Source: Chlorokybus atmophyticus (lineage: Eukaryota > Plantae > Mesostigma and Chlorokybus algae). Taken from it: 64,000 nt of DNA. Location: contig RHPI01003156.1 in NCBI GenBank assembly GCA_009103225.1, positions 988,159 to 1,052,158 of the forward strand. Reading direction: 5' to 3'. Of the stretch, positions 37,492 through 48,700 are shown in pieces. Numbering within the stretch: the first letter of the stretch is position 1; every line of letters begins with the position of its first letter. Made by a program: the position numbers and the translations under genes. The notes under the pieces were generated by a model. That model did no database searches and was not told the DNA's origin. It worked only from the letters and a program-made list of their open reading frames with translations.

Positions 37492-38511
37492 CATTCAGCT
37501 GAGCGGGTACCATGGTAGTTGTACTTGTTTGCGGTTTTTCTTTGTACGACGGAGTTGAAAAACTTGACGACTCTATGAAGGCTCGTGTGGGGTCGCGCTT
37601 TTTAAGATGATGCGACACCTGTCCAACCTCCTTTTAGCTAGTTTGCCGGCATGCATATCCAAGTCTGAGGTATGTAACAGTACTCATATGGCATGGCAAG
37701 GAAACAGCGTTGGACCCCAAAGTTGGAAAGATGTCATGGTAAGTTGAAAGTAGTGTTAGTTACTAGGTGCAGAGAGAAAGAGAGAGAGAGAGGACTGTAA
37801 CTCCATTTGCATAAGAGAGGACTGTAACTTCCCTTTGCAGAGTCTGCTTATAATCATATACATGGTATACATAGTGATATTGATTGACACAAACATTTCC
37901 TAGTATTGTATCGTATTGCGTCAGCTTCAAGGCAAATAGGTCCATGTGTTGTAGTACACGCTGTTTGGGACACCATAAGAAATATCCTACATATTGCTAA
38001 CTTTGAAATGTTTGTTTATAAAACTATCATCATCAGATAAACGAGTGTAATAGAGGTATTATGTTGCATGAATTAAATGTGTACATTGAGTGAAGATAAT
38101 CTCACGCACTCCATTAATAGCGGTTGCTGCGTATCTTTACACAAAAGAGCAAAATATGTATCATTATCACAAATTTTATTTCAAGAGTGTTTTTATGATA
38201 ATCGATGTGCAAACAAATGACAGGTTGGGAGTTGGTAGCTACAAAAATCAAGGGTTTCTTGTAGCTGCAGACTTCAACCTTACGTGTAGCACCCGCCCAA
38301 GCATTAATATCCACCGTTATAACGTGACTTGATGTATCGACATGCCATGCTACGCAATGCATGCAATTGCCTATGCATAGTACATGCAGCAAACACAATA
38401 ACACAAATATTATGACGAGATTACAATATGATACACAATAAACAACCACCATTGATACACGTTCACCTGTGCTGCATGCAGCAAACCACAACATCTACTA
38501 AAAATGCTTAT

Positions 38512-38709
38512 ATGTTGAAAATGTAGATCCTGGTGCAAGATCTGAAGTTCAGTCAGCGAGCTGGCATACAGTCTTGCAGGGGGCGGAGGGAGATTGCCGG
38601 CTCCATGCATGCATTTTGTATTGTGCAATCTCCGTCCGCTTCTGCAAGCCTCTATGCCAGCTCGCTGGATTTTAACTTCACCTCCTTCACCAAGCTCTAC
38701 ATTTTACAT
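38512..38709 (+). ncRNA. Long imperfect foldback, pre-miRNA-like (alternatively an old MITE)
   Basis: Arms ~38518-38597 and 38625-38705 are reverse complements, with a perfect 15-bp core (CAGCGAGCTGGCATA 38554-68 / 38653-67) and a 27-nt loop. Confidence 0.5.
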
Positions 38710-39340
38710 GTGCTCCTTTGCAAGTGATTATAATTGTTACAAATTCAAAACTCATATAGTCGTTAACAGTTGTAGTATTAGCCTTTCAATTGGTATAACT
38801 GACGTTGATCACGAAAACAACGTTATTATATAATTTTATAATTATCGTTAATCTATTGAATGATGATGCGATATGACAGCTATCAACTACGCTGATGATC
38901 AACTTAGCTTATGAGACATACGCACGTGCTTATACTATTAATGATTGTTTAAGAGTTTTCTTTGTTCCTGAGGCCTTTATCATGAGGCTTGGGCACCTTG
39001 CATCATGCAAGTTGCATCATGAGCGCAGGTATTTGCCGCGTCTTTCTCTCAATGTGTCAACCAGCACGCACAGACGTGGCAACGCTGACCTGTCTGTCTC
39101 CGTCCGTGCGGCAGCGCACCGCAGCGCGGCTGCCAGGGGCGGCGGCAGGGGCGGGGGCTGGAGTGGGGTTGGCTGGGTTGTCCTCCGCGTGGTGCACAGT
39201 ATCATTGCTGATTTTAGTCTCAGTTGCTGGAGCGAAACGCACAGGGAGCTGTTTGAGCTGAGCTGAGCTGAAGTAGGGTTGGTGGGGAATTCTTGGTGGT
39301 TGGGAAGGGTGGGAAGGTTGTTGGGGAAGTTTGTTCAGCC

Positions 39341-41824
39341 ATGGCGGCGGTGACGAGCTGGAGCGGCTTGAAGGCGATTAGGGCGACCTCCGTCACTGTC
39401 TCCTCCTCATCTCCATGTAGCAGACCTCCACCGCCGTCGTCGTTGAGCGCCGCACCGGGCCGCCTCCGCGGGCGACCCTCGCCACAGCTCCAGCGCCGAC
39501 GGCCCACCTTCAGAACCCTAGCCATGGTGTGTTAGGGTTTGAGCTGATGCTTACTACAAGCAACTTCACATGCATACGTCCTCATGTGCAGTGTCTAAAC
39601 ACTCTGTCCGGATTGGATTGGACAGCCTTGCAGTGAGCTTATGGCCACTCAACCTTGCCATTAGATCAAAGACAGCAGCTTGGTTCTGTGTGTTGGCTTG
39701 CTCGCGTGTGATAGTCTATCAGCACGTAATTTTGAATATGGCAACTCGTCCTCATGTAAACTGTGTGCAGGGCGGCAGTGCGGGCAACACGGACGAGCCT
39801 GTCCCGGCGGAGATGTCTGTGGGCACCGCCCTGGAGCTCTTTGGGGTGGACGACGACGCCACCTTCGACGAGGTCCTCCGGGCTAAAAACCGCCTTATCT
39901 CGCAGGCAGGCGGCAACAGCCGCAAAATCTCTCAGGTAAGGATTGTGCACTCGTAAAGCACTGACCATGCATTCGCTGCACAGTCACCTATCCAGCTGAC
40001 GGTTTTTTGGTCTTCATTCATGCAAAGTATGTTTGTTGTGACGTCTGCTGTGTTGTTAGGGTTTTGCCGAGGATGTTGATTTGTGTTTGACACAGATTGA
40101 AGCGGCGTACGATGTCATCTTGATGCGAAGCCTACAGCAGCGAGCGATTGGCAAGGGCGTGCCGGAGTACGTGAAGTTTGCGGATGTCAAGAAGCAGAAG
40201 GCCGCTGGCTTGCCGTCATGGGCCAAGGGAGCCTTGCAGGTATTGTCAACCACCGATACGTATTGTCGATCTGCCAAGCTCGTGTTTGAACACACCGGTC
40301 GAGGTCATGAGACAAAAAGGGTGTGCGTCAGCTGTCATTGGTAAGGTTGTCGTTACTAGAATTGCAGTGTGGATGCTTAGCTGATTTGTTCATGGAGATG
40401 TGGAAAAGAGGGGAGGAGGGATGCTATGGTTCCCATCAGCAGATCACAATGCACTTGTAGTTCAGGCTGGCAGGGTAGCAGTAACAGTGCATTGTGCACA
40501 GAAACATGCATGGCATGCTGCATGCATGCAGCTAGCAGATGTCCAGCAGGGTGTTTATCACCAGCGCAAGAAACTTCTTGTTGCAATTATATCCGAAGAG
40601 CAGCTGGCACAGCTCTGCATAGGTTGGCATGCATCGCATAGGTGGGCATGCCTGTCAAGCGCAGGACAACGTCATTGTGCTCGCATCAACCAACTACTAA
40701 GTTGTTTGACGTGTCTGATGTGCCTTGGTGGCTGGTGGTCGGTTATCAGAGCTTAGCGTATGGTGCAACGTCTGATTCAGCCCTCACGTGTGGTGGTGGT
40801 AGTGGCGGTGGTGGTGGCGGTTGTGGTGGTGGTGGAGGTGTGGGCGNNNNNNNNNNNNNNNNNNNNNNNNNNNNNNNNNNNNNNNNNNNNNNNNNNNNNN
40901 NNNNNNNNNNNNNNNNNNNNNNNNNNNNNNNNNNNNNNNNNNNNNNNNNNNNNNNNNNNNNNNNNNNNNNNNNNNNNNNNNNNNNNNNNNNNNNNNNNNN
41001 NNNNNNNNNNNNNNNNNNNNNNNNNNNNNNNNNNNNNNNNNNNNNNNNNNNNNNNNNNNNNNNNNNNNNNNNNNNNNNNNNNNNNNNNNNNNNNNNNNNN
41101 NNNNNNNNNNNNNNNNNNNNNNNNNNNNNNNNNNNNNNNNNNNNNNNNNNNNNNNNNNNNNNNNNNNNNNNNNNNNNNNNNNNNNNNNNNNNNNNNNNNN
41201 NNNNNNNNNNNNNNNNNNNNNNNNNNNNNNNNNNNNNNNNNNNNNNNNNNNNNNNNNNNNNNNNNNNNNNNNNNNNNGGTCCCTACTTCAATTAAGCATG
41301 CATGGCTGTTGTCCGGACTGGGAAGGTTGTTATCAACTCAACATGTATATCAACTGAAGTCCTGTCTTGCTTGCTGCAGACAGACTCGCCAGCACAAAAG
41401 CAGCTGCTGCTGCAAACCGGAGTGTTTGGTGCGTTGGTGGCCTGGACGCTAGCTGGAGCTTTAGTTGACACGCGATCAGTCATGGATAATGTTCCAAGCT
41501 TTCAGATTGCTTTGGGTGCCACTGCTTCCTTCTACTTCTTGCGCCAGAAGTCACTCAAAGCAGGTAAGAGAAGGTTGCAAAACCCAGGCGCCGATATTCT
41601 GCCAAAGCTATTGGACCATGTGCTTACGTTTATGTGTCTGTGGCACAGGGCGAGCACTCGGCTTGACCGCTGGTGGTTTAGTTGCTGGTGCCATTGTGGG
41701 CGGACTGTTACAGTCATGGTTGCGAGTGGACATTGTGCCAATTGGCAGTTTCAGCTCACCCGCAGCTTTGGTCAGTGAGACGGCACTGATCAGCATGTAC
41801 ATGGCCAGCACATTCTTGCGATAA
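39341..41824 (+). CDS. CPP1: CHAPERONE-LIKE PROTEIN OF POR1 / DUF3353, plastid; one intron contains an N gap
   Basis: Transit peptide; J-like segment ALELFGVDDDATFDEVLRAKNRL...|IEAAYDVILMRSLQQR...VKFADVK; C-terminal membrane segments ending GLVAGAIVGGLLQSWLRVDIVPIGSFSSPAALVSE. Stop at 41822-41824. Confidence 0.85.
40847..41277. other. Assembly gap (N run)
   Basis: Run of n after a (GGT)n tract. Confidence 1.
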
Positions 41825-42553
41825 ATGTTGGGGTAACAGTAGGGGAAGTAGCGCAGCTTTCTAGCTTATCCCTGTCGTTGCCTAGGACACAGCTTGTACA
41901 AATGTATGTTCATACCATATCACTGGGAAAGCAAGGGCCATGCGCTTTGCATTTGCTATGTATAGCTGAGACGTCAGCATCTGGGTATACTTTGCTCGAG
42001 CTCACCAGTCTTTGCTCTAGTCCACAACCATGTCTGTTGAGACATACACTCCTGCTGCCTCAATGTGCCACATCAACAGCAGGAGCTGTGGACTCAGATA
42101 CATTGCGGAAGTTGGGTGCGCAGGGATGCTATGCAGGCGCTGGTTCAGGTTTGCTGTCCACAACACAAGTCTGTCGAGAACATAACCCATGTGCTGCGTT
42201 TGATGTGACCAATTAAGTTGCATTGTTTTGTCAAGGTTGTGCACCAACGGCGTTGAGCACAGGCTGGTTACAACTTCATGATCAGGAAGTTAAACCCAAT
42301 GTGACAAGCTTAACGGATGAAATGTGGCATCGGAGTGGTGATGGCCTGCTAGTGTCTAGTTCTGTACCATGCAAACCTTCACCCGCGCTATGTCTTTCAT
42401 CAGGGGTGCGCACTACACAGACAAGCCCCCAACCGCAACGAAGACAAATAAGCCTTGGGTCATACACGCAAGCACCTTAGTTTTATATAAGGATGCCGGA
42501 TAGCCGTGCTATAGTGGACAACCAACAGGCAGTGGGTATGCAAAACTGCAGTG

Positions 42554-45352
42554 CTATAGGGCATAGTCTTCAGGGCTGTAGTACTCCGCCAGTAGTCGGT
42601 ATACATATGATGGATTGTGCCCACCCCTGCATTTCAAACGTGTGTCAGCAACATAGTGAAATTTGATGCACAAATGTCAGTCACATATAACACACAATAT
42701 GCCAGGGAGCCGCATGTGTACTCACGTGTCTGTGATGAATAGACTGATGAGGTGCGGAGGGATGTAATCAAAGGCAGGGTTGGCGACATGAAGCTGCGCG
42801 CGCTCCTCAAAGCCTTCCGCATACAAGCAGTCAGTAAGGGCATCATAGTCAATTATGTCCGCAGGAGAGCCAATATCGTTGAGAGTGGTATCGGGATCAT
42901 GTGGATAGATTGGAGACAACTGCACACATAGTTAGAAGTCAGCAGCAAGTTCACAGTCACAACTTAAACTACTGATCTGAAGCGCATGGCAGCCAGATTG
43001 TGTGGTATTCAGTTTTTGGACTCACCTTATGAAGGCCGGCCAGTATAACAAATGGTACTGCGTGCTGCTTTGCTGCTAATGCCACCATGTGGAGGCCAAC
43101 CGGTGCTATGACGCCACCGTTGGCCATGACAGCATGAGTGGTAGCAATTACCTGCAGAAGAAGTGACAGTGTTCAGGTTGTTTGCAGACATCGAACTCTG
43201 ATCATCGTTGCTCGCATAAACATTGACTCGCCAAGTTCACGCGGGCCATCATTGCAAACACGGCCGAGTCTGTTATGCAGGTTGTCTGAATGCCAGATGA
43301 TGCCAGCTGTCTCGCCATGGCTTGTCCCTCATATCTGTACCATGCTCATCAGCCACAATTAAGAGACTGGCAAACACCATGAGAGGCGTACCGCGGAGCG
43401 CCTTCCGCAACAACCACTTGAAATGTTCTCTTCTTTGCAGCCTCTCTGAGGAAGTAGGACACTGTTCTCGATCGGCCCATTGTCAAGATGACTTCACTAC
43501 AGGCCAGCAAGCAGTCAGCACAGTTGCTGTAAAACGTAGAGTTGTATCACTGAACTACTTACTTGGCATGTATATGCTCAATGGCTTGCTCGGCAATCTG
43601 CAGATGTATCTGCTCGACTTCATCGATAAGCTCGTTCAACCTCTCAATCACATTGTGTTTGAGTTTCCACTGCGGTTCTACACACAAACACAGCACACAT
43701 GTCAACAGGACTGCCCAATCACTTGCAATGTACAGCTCGTGATGATCTCATGCGTACTTCGGCCTTTTGAGTCATCGCTGCTTGTGGACGCTGAAGGGGA
43801 GCTGAAACTGTTCTGTCGTCTCCGGACATCCTCTGCGCTTGGTGCTGCAGCCGCGGACTTCATTGCACTTCGTGTGCCAGCCTCCAGCAGGTTGACAAGC
43901 GATGGTGTTTGTAGCATTGCCGCAGCCACCGCAGCTTCCCGCTACCAACACATGTCAGCACAATAGCCTGGACTGCATGCGACGAATGTTCACCAACAAC
44001 TAACATGACACAACAGCAGCGACAACAAACCACAACAAACCTGCGCACCACCACTTGGATCGCTGTTCTCTGCTTCTTCGCGTGCAATGGACAACTGCTC
44101 CTCCCTAACTATATGCAGCGCTCTTCGCACGACATTGCCAATGGCCAACTCTAGAGCCAGCATTGAGAGTTACTGTTTGGATGTAAGGTATCCGTGCGAA
44201 CTCACTGGGAGGAGGCACTGATGTAGCAAATTCGTACCCAATGGCTTTGCTTGCGTAAGACGTGCTCCAACGGCCTTGATGGCATCCAGCAAGCCAGCTG
44301 CCAGCGTGGGCATGAATCGCCGCTCCACAGACACAACCTGGGTACTGCACAAGTCAGGTGAATACGTCGCGATGTGCAAGCAACAAGTCGTCAGTATCAC
44401 AATGGGTCTCAACCTGACGCAGGAGCTCTGCCGTTTTGCGCGCTGTGTGCAGTGAACCATCTATTTGCCTGCAAGACATAATCAACAGGACTTTTATTCA
44501 AGCGACTAACAACAAGCTCCAATGCAAACACATGCATGCAAATATTACAATATTACAATACAAGTATCAATTTGCCCGGCAGTGCAACTGTTCTGTGTGC
44601 AGGTGCTGGCTACAACGGCAGCACAATGAACCCTAACACTGAACACATGCATGCAAGCTGTTGCATGTTTGGTTTACTGCATTGCAAAGCAGCTGCTGGC
44701 TACAGCTAGGAACTTGCGTGCTTGCTTTAAGCACAGTGTACTGCCTGATATTATGCAAATTCACGCATGCAATGAGAATACACGGCCAGCATGCCTGTTG
44801 CCACAGAGCCTGAACAACACTACAGGACATCAGCCGATGGGTGGTGATATAGCAGTAAGTAGTCGGCAAGGCAGTTGGTATGCCATTACGCCGAACGAGA
44901 CTCTGCTGTGGTCATCATCTGTCCTGAGAGGCAAAACTCTCAACAGTAGTGCTAGTGACTAGTGCTCGACGATCACCACAAGCTTGACCTCTAAGCAGTG
45001 CTACTTCTCAGTGCCTGTCGCAACCCATCAGAGACTACAATGCGAAAGTAAACAGGAAAATGCAAGGCTTCTGGTAACGTATACGTCACGGCTAAACTGG
45101 GCGCATTGCCATGCAAGAGACGGACAGAGAGGTTGGATACGTGGTGCTACTAGCTTCAATTAGCACTGTAAGACTAAGCTATGATAGTTCTTTATAGATA
45201 TATAACAATGCCAACAGCCCGAAGCATGACAGTGAACACACGCAGTGAAGCAGGCATGCATGAGGCCCGAGAGAAGTTTGCCCCCTCATCCATGTGCACC
45301 TTCTTTTGAGCTTGATTACAAAGTCCTCAATGAGAGCCTGCAGATCGCTCAT
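42554..45352 (-). CDS. EIF2B2: Translation initiation factor eIF2B subunit beta
   Basis: MSDLQALIEDFVIKLKR|RQIDGSLHTARKTAELLRQ, LLDAIKAVG...ELAIGNVVRRALHIVREE, and C-terminal NPAFDYIPPHLISLFITDT|GGHNPSYVYRLLAEYYS, matching the beta subunit. Confidence 0.9.
44823..44926 (-). ncRNA. Intronic box C/D snoRNA, two candidate 18S rRNA guides
   Basis: 7-bp terminal stem CAGGACA/TGTCCTG, C box ATGATGA (44918-44912), D box CTGA (44833-44830). Two 10-nt elements are complementary to conserved 18S segments CGAACGAGAC and AUGGGUGGUG. Sense orientation within the 831-nt intron 1 of eIF2B-beta. Confidence 0.8.
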
Positions 45353-45570
45353 GACTACGGCGGTGGCAGCAGCAGCAGTAGCAGCGACTCAGCCCCCTTA
45401 ACGACAAACCAGCTTGCAGCATGCAGCGGTGCCAGTATCAACGGCAGCGGCTCAAGTCAACACCCCCTTCAACGTTGCCTTCAGGGTGATTAACCTCGTC
45501 TAGGACACCCGATCCAACCGATCCAACCGAAGCACACCGCCGCTGCCGCCGCCAGCAAGCATGCAAAAAC

Positions 45571-45579
45571 AAACCCTAA
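45571..45579 (+). promoter_or_regulatory. Telo-box AAACCCTAA in the shared eIF2B-beta/PAN2 divergent promoter
   Basis: Exact motif midway between the two start codons (45352 and 45793). Confidence 0.6.
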
Positions 45580-45792
45580 TGTACCAAAGTCTGGCCTGCC
45601 CTAAGCATAGAGGCCGCATTGGTCAGTGCGGCATTTAGTTCAGCAACTGCTGCTACTTTAGTGTTGGTTGGTAATGGGGCGGCGGCGGTGGCCGCGGGGG
45701 CGCTGATGTACAGCAGCATAGCATACTCGTGGCTATCGTGGTCCCCGGCTCACAGAACAGAAAGCCGTCTGTGAGCCGGGGCTGGACCTACC

Positions 45793-48700
45793 ATGGCTCG
45801 CCCTATGGGCGATGAGCTCTTCGAGCTGGCCTCAGTGCAGGCACAGCCCCAGGTGCTTGCTTGGGTGCAATTCCGTGCTGTGTTTCAAATGTAATTACGC
45901 TTGCATACAAGATCTTGCTTGTGCGCCACTAGCACGTGCAGCATTGTTTGATCGTCACCTGCACTGTCGATTGGCAGGGCATGGATGCCCATGCCCTGCC
46001 AATCGACAGTGCAGGTGACCATCGTCTGTCTGGCAGTAGTTGTGCTGGCAGGGAGTCTTTGTCCCACTGCAAATTGAATGCGCAGTGTTGCGTGGAAATG
46101 TCAGCCTCACATTCTCACATTCACATTCTTTCTCACTTCGCCTCCCTGTGATTGCGCAGCACGTGCAACTGCCCGAGGCAACATGCAAGGCTGTGTTTGA
46201 CAACCGCGAAGAGCTGCTGTGGACCGGCTCAGAGACGGTACGCACAACGTGTGTGCATGCGCATGCACACCCGCAGAGTGCAGTGTGCAGTCATTGGTTG
46301 TGTTCATGAGTGCACTCACTTGTGCTCAGACACCCTTAGCATGGTAGCACACATAAATGTTGGTCCCTCCATGTAGAGCAAGTAAACTACTTTACTGGGA
46401 TTTCATGTCAACAGCAATCATCCAATCAGCAGTTTAAGGAATTACACGTGCATACCAAATATAGTAATTAGCAACTGCTTGTCAAAGGGGAAAAGGGTGC
46501 CTGGACGCATATCTTGCCATGGCAGATACTCTGGTGGTTCTGATAAGGCTGTACTTACTTAGGGATGGATTTATGCTTTTCTATCGCCTTTGATGAAGAA
46601 GTATTCCGCCTTTCGAGCACACACGCAGCATGTATCGTCCCTGCTCCCGTCTGTTGACGGCGTGCTGTCGCTCTCACGTGATACTCTTCGCCTAAACAGT
46701 CGCGGAGGGCTTGTGCACATGACCCACAGGTGAGCACTCATTATCAAGTGTACATTGCAGTGTTGGAGGTTCGCAATATGTTACGTACAAGTTACTCTGT
46801 GCAGTGACAGTGCAAAAAAAGATATGGTCTGTATGGACTGGGAAAGGCCTGGTGGTCTGAGAGTAGCGATAGGGCACGAGTCGGCTATGGTCACTGTCTT
46901 CGACCTCCTTAGCGGCCGTATCACAACACAGGTCAGGTCAGTTCTGTCCAGCTCTCATGTCAGTTTCTGTTGAATTGCATTGGTCTCTCTGGCATGAATC
47001 TTAGCAGTTGGCTGCTCTTCTCTGCAACTAGTAAAGATGGTGGTGGGTATGTTAGCAGTGTAGAGCATCTTTTCTGTGTACATATGCAATGCTGTCAACT
47101 GACAAAAAGTCTTGATGCGGCGGATTGCTTTCTCAGTGTCCAGTCAGCCAAGGTGTTGCAGTCCTCAGAGGAGCTGGCCGGTTTGTGGCTGTTGGTGGCA
47201 ATCATGGAGAAGTCACGCTGAGAGACCCTCGCACGCTGCGCGCAGAGTTTACTCTTGATGCGCATTCCGGTATGCTTGCTGTTATGCAAATGTGACGATT
47301 CGTTTGTGACATGGCTTCGGCCTTTGTCTTAGGTGCCGTCAATGCCATTGACTTCAAGGGTGACTTGCTTTGCACGAGCGGGTTGTCACAGAGACTAGGC
47401 CAAGTTTACTGCGACCCGCTTGTGAAGGTGCCTGCACCCACAGCTGCATCACAGCTCTGAGTGTCTCAACCTCACACCTGAAAACACACCGATCAGGTGT
47501 TTGATGTGAGGGCGACTGCTCGCGCGTTGACACATATCCACCACGCCCCAGGGCCAATGGTACACGTCTGTGGGCGTATTTCGTAGTTGCCAGTTCTTTG
47601 GCAGCCAGTGTCCTGATGCACGCTCGCGTGTGTACACCAGATGTTGAGATTCCAACCGAAGTTCACAAGCATGTTGCTGGTTGCATCTTCAACAGGCGCG
47701 TTCAGTCTGTATGATGTTCAGTCCGGGGGCGTCCCGCTGCAGTCATATCAGGTGCGTTGTGTCTGTCTTTATCAGAGCTCCTTGTTGACAGGCCTTCCAC
47801 TTGGGTGTGGTTACAGCCTATCCATGTATTTGCAGGTTGATACGGAAGGCGATTCGCTTCTTGACTGCGACATCTCTGCCACAGGAGAGTCGTTCGCCTT
47901 TGCTGACTCGGGTGGGTATGTGCATCTTTGGGCCAGCTCTGAGACACCACGCGTGAACATCTTCTCGGTGCCAACAGAGGTACGGTTGGTTTCTAGCGTC
48001 CACTCTATAAGTTTGCATGTCAATAGCATTCCCACCATGCTGTTGGTTGCCGAAAGGTGCCTGAGCCCGTCAATCCGCGCTCCATGGTATACATTGATGA
48101 GGACGGCCCGTACTCTGCTATTCCCCTGCCTGCAACAGATGAATCGTTGCTGTCCAGTTACGACCCCACAGCGCTGTACCGAGTTGGCCTGCCTCCACGC
48201 TTTGTTGACCCCGAATTGCTCAAGCAGATGAAGCAGGTTGGGCAAGGATACATGAAGTGCTCGCACATATAAGCATTATTTGCGCAGTGTTTTGACATTT
48301 CTTGCGCTGCAGGTGGACTTTGTGGGCTATCTGCAGAACCCGGCTTACCGCCGCGGTAAGCCTTATGGTGACGCCACAAGGGCTGTGCATTCGCTACGAA
48401 CAGCACGAGTCAACAGCACTGTGGACCAGGCGCAAAGGGCTGCTGCTGAAGAGCAGCGGCGTGCTATATTGGCTGGAATTGGCTTTCTGGTTAGTGCATT
48501 GCATGCCACCGCTTAAGGCAGCCCTGCTGGACCTGACATGATCCATGTTGCAGGGCCCCGATCAGAAGCGAAGGCATTCCTCACACGGCCTTCCAAAAAT
48601 GTATCGCAAGATGACGATTACACAGTCAAAGCTCAAGTTTGAAGAGTTCGACTTCAGCAACTACAACCATACGCGGTTTGCGGGGCTGGAGAATGATCTT

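Noticed and set aside
37788-37839. 27-bp-period duplication GAGAGGACTGTAACT next to a (GA)n tract
   Set aside because: Ordinary slippage duplication.
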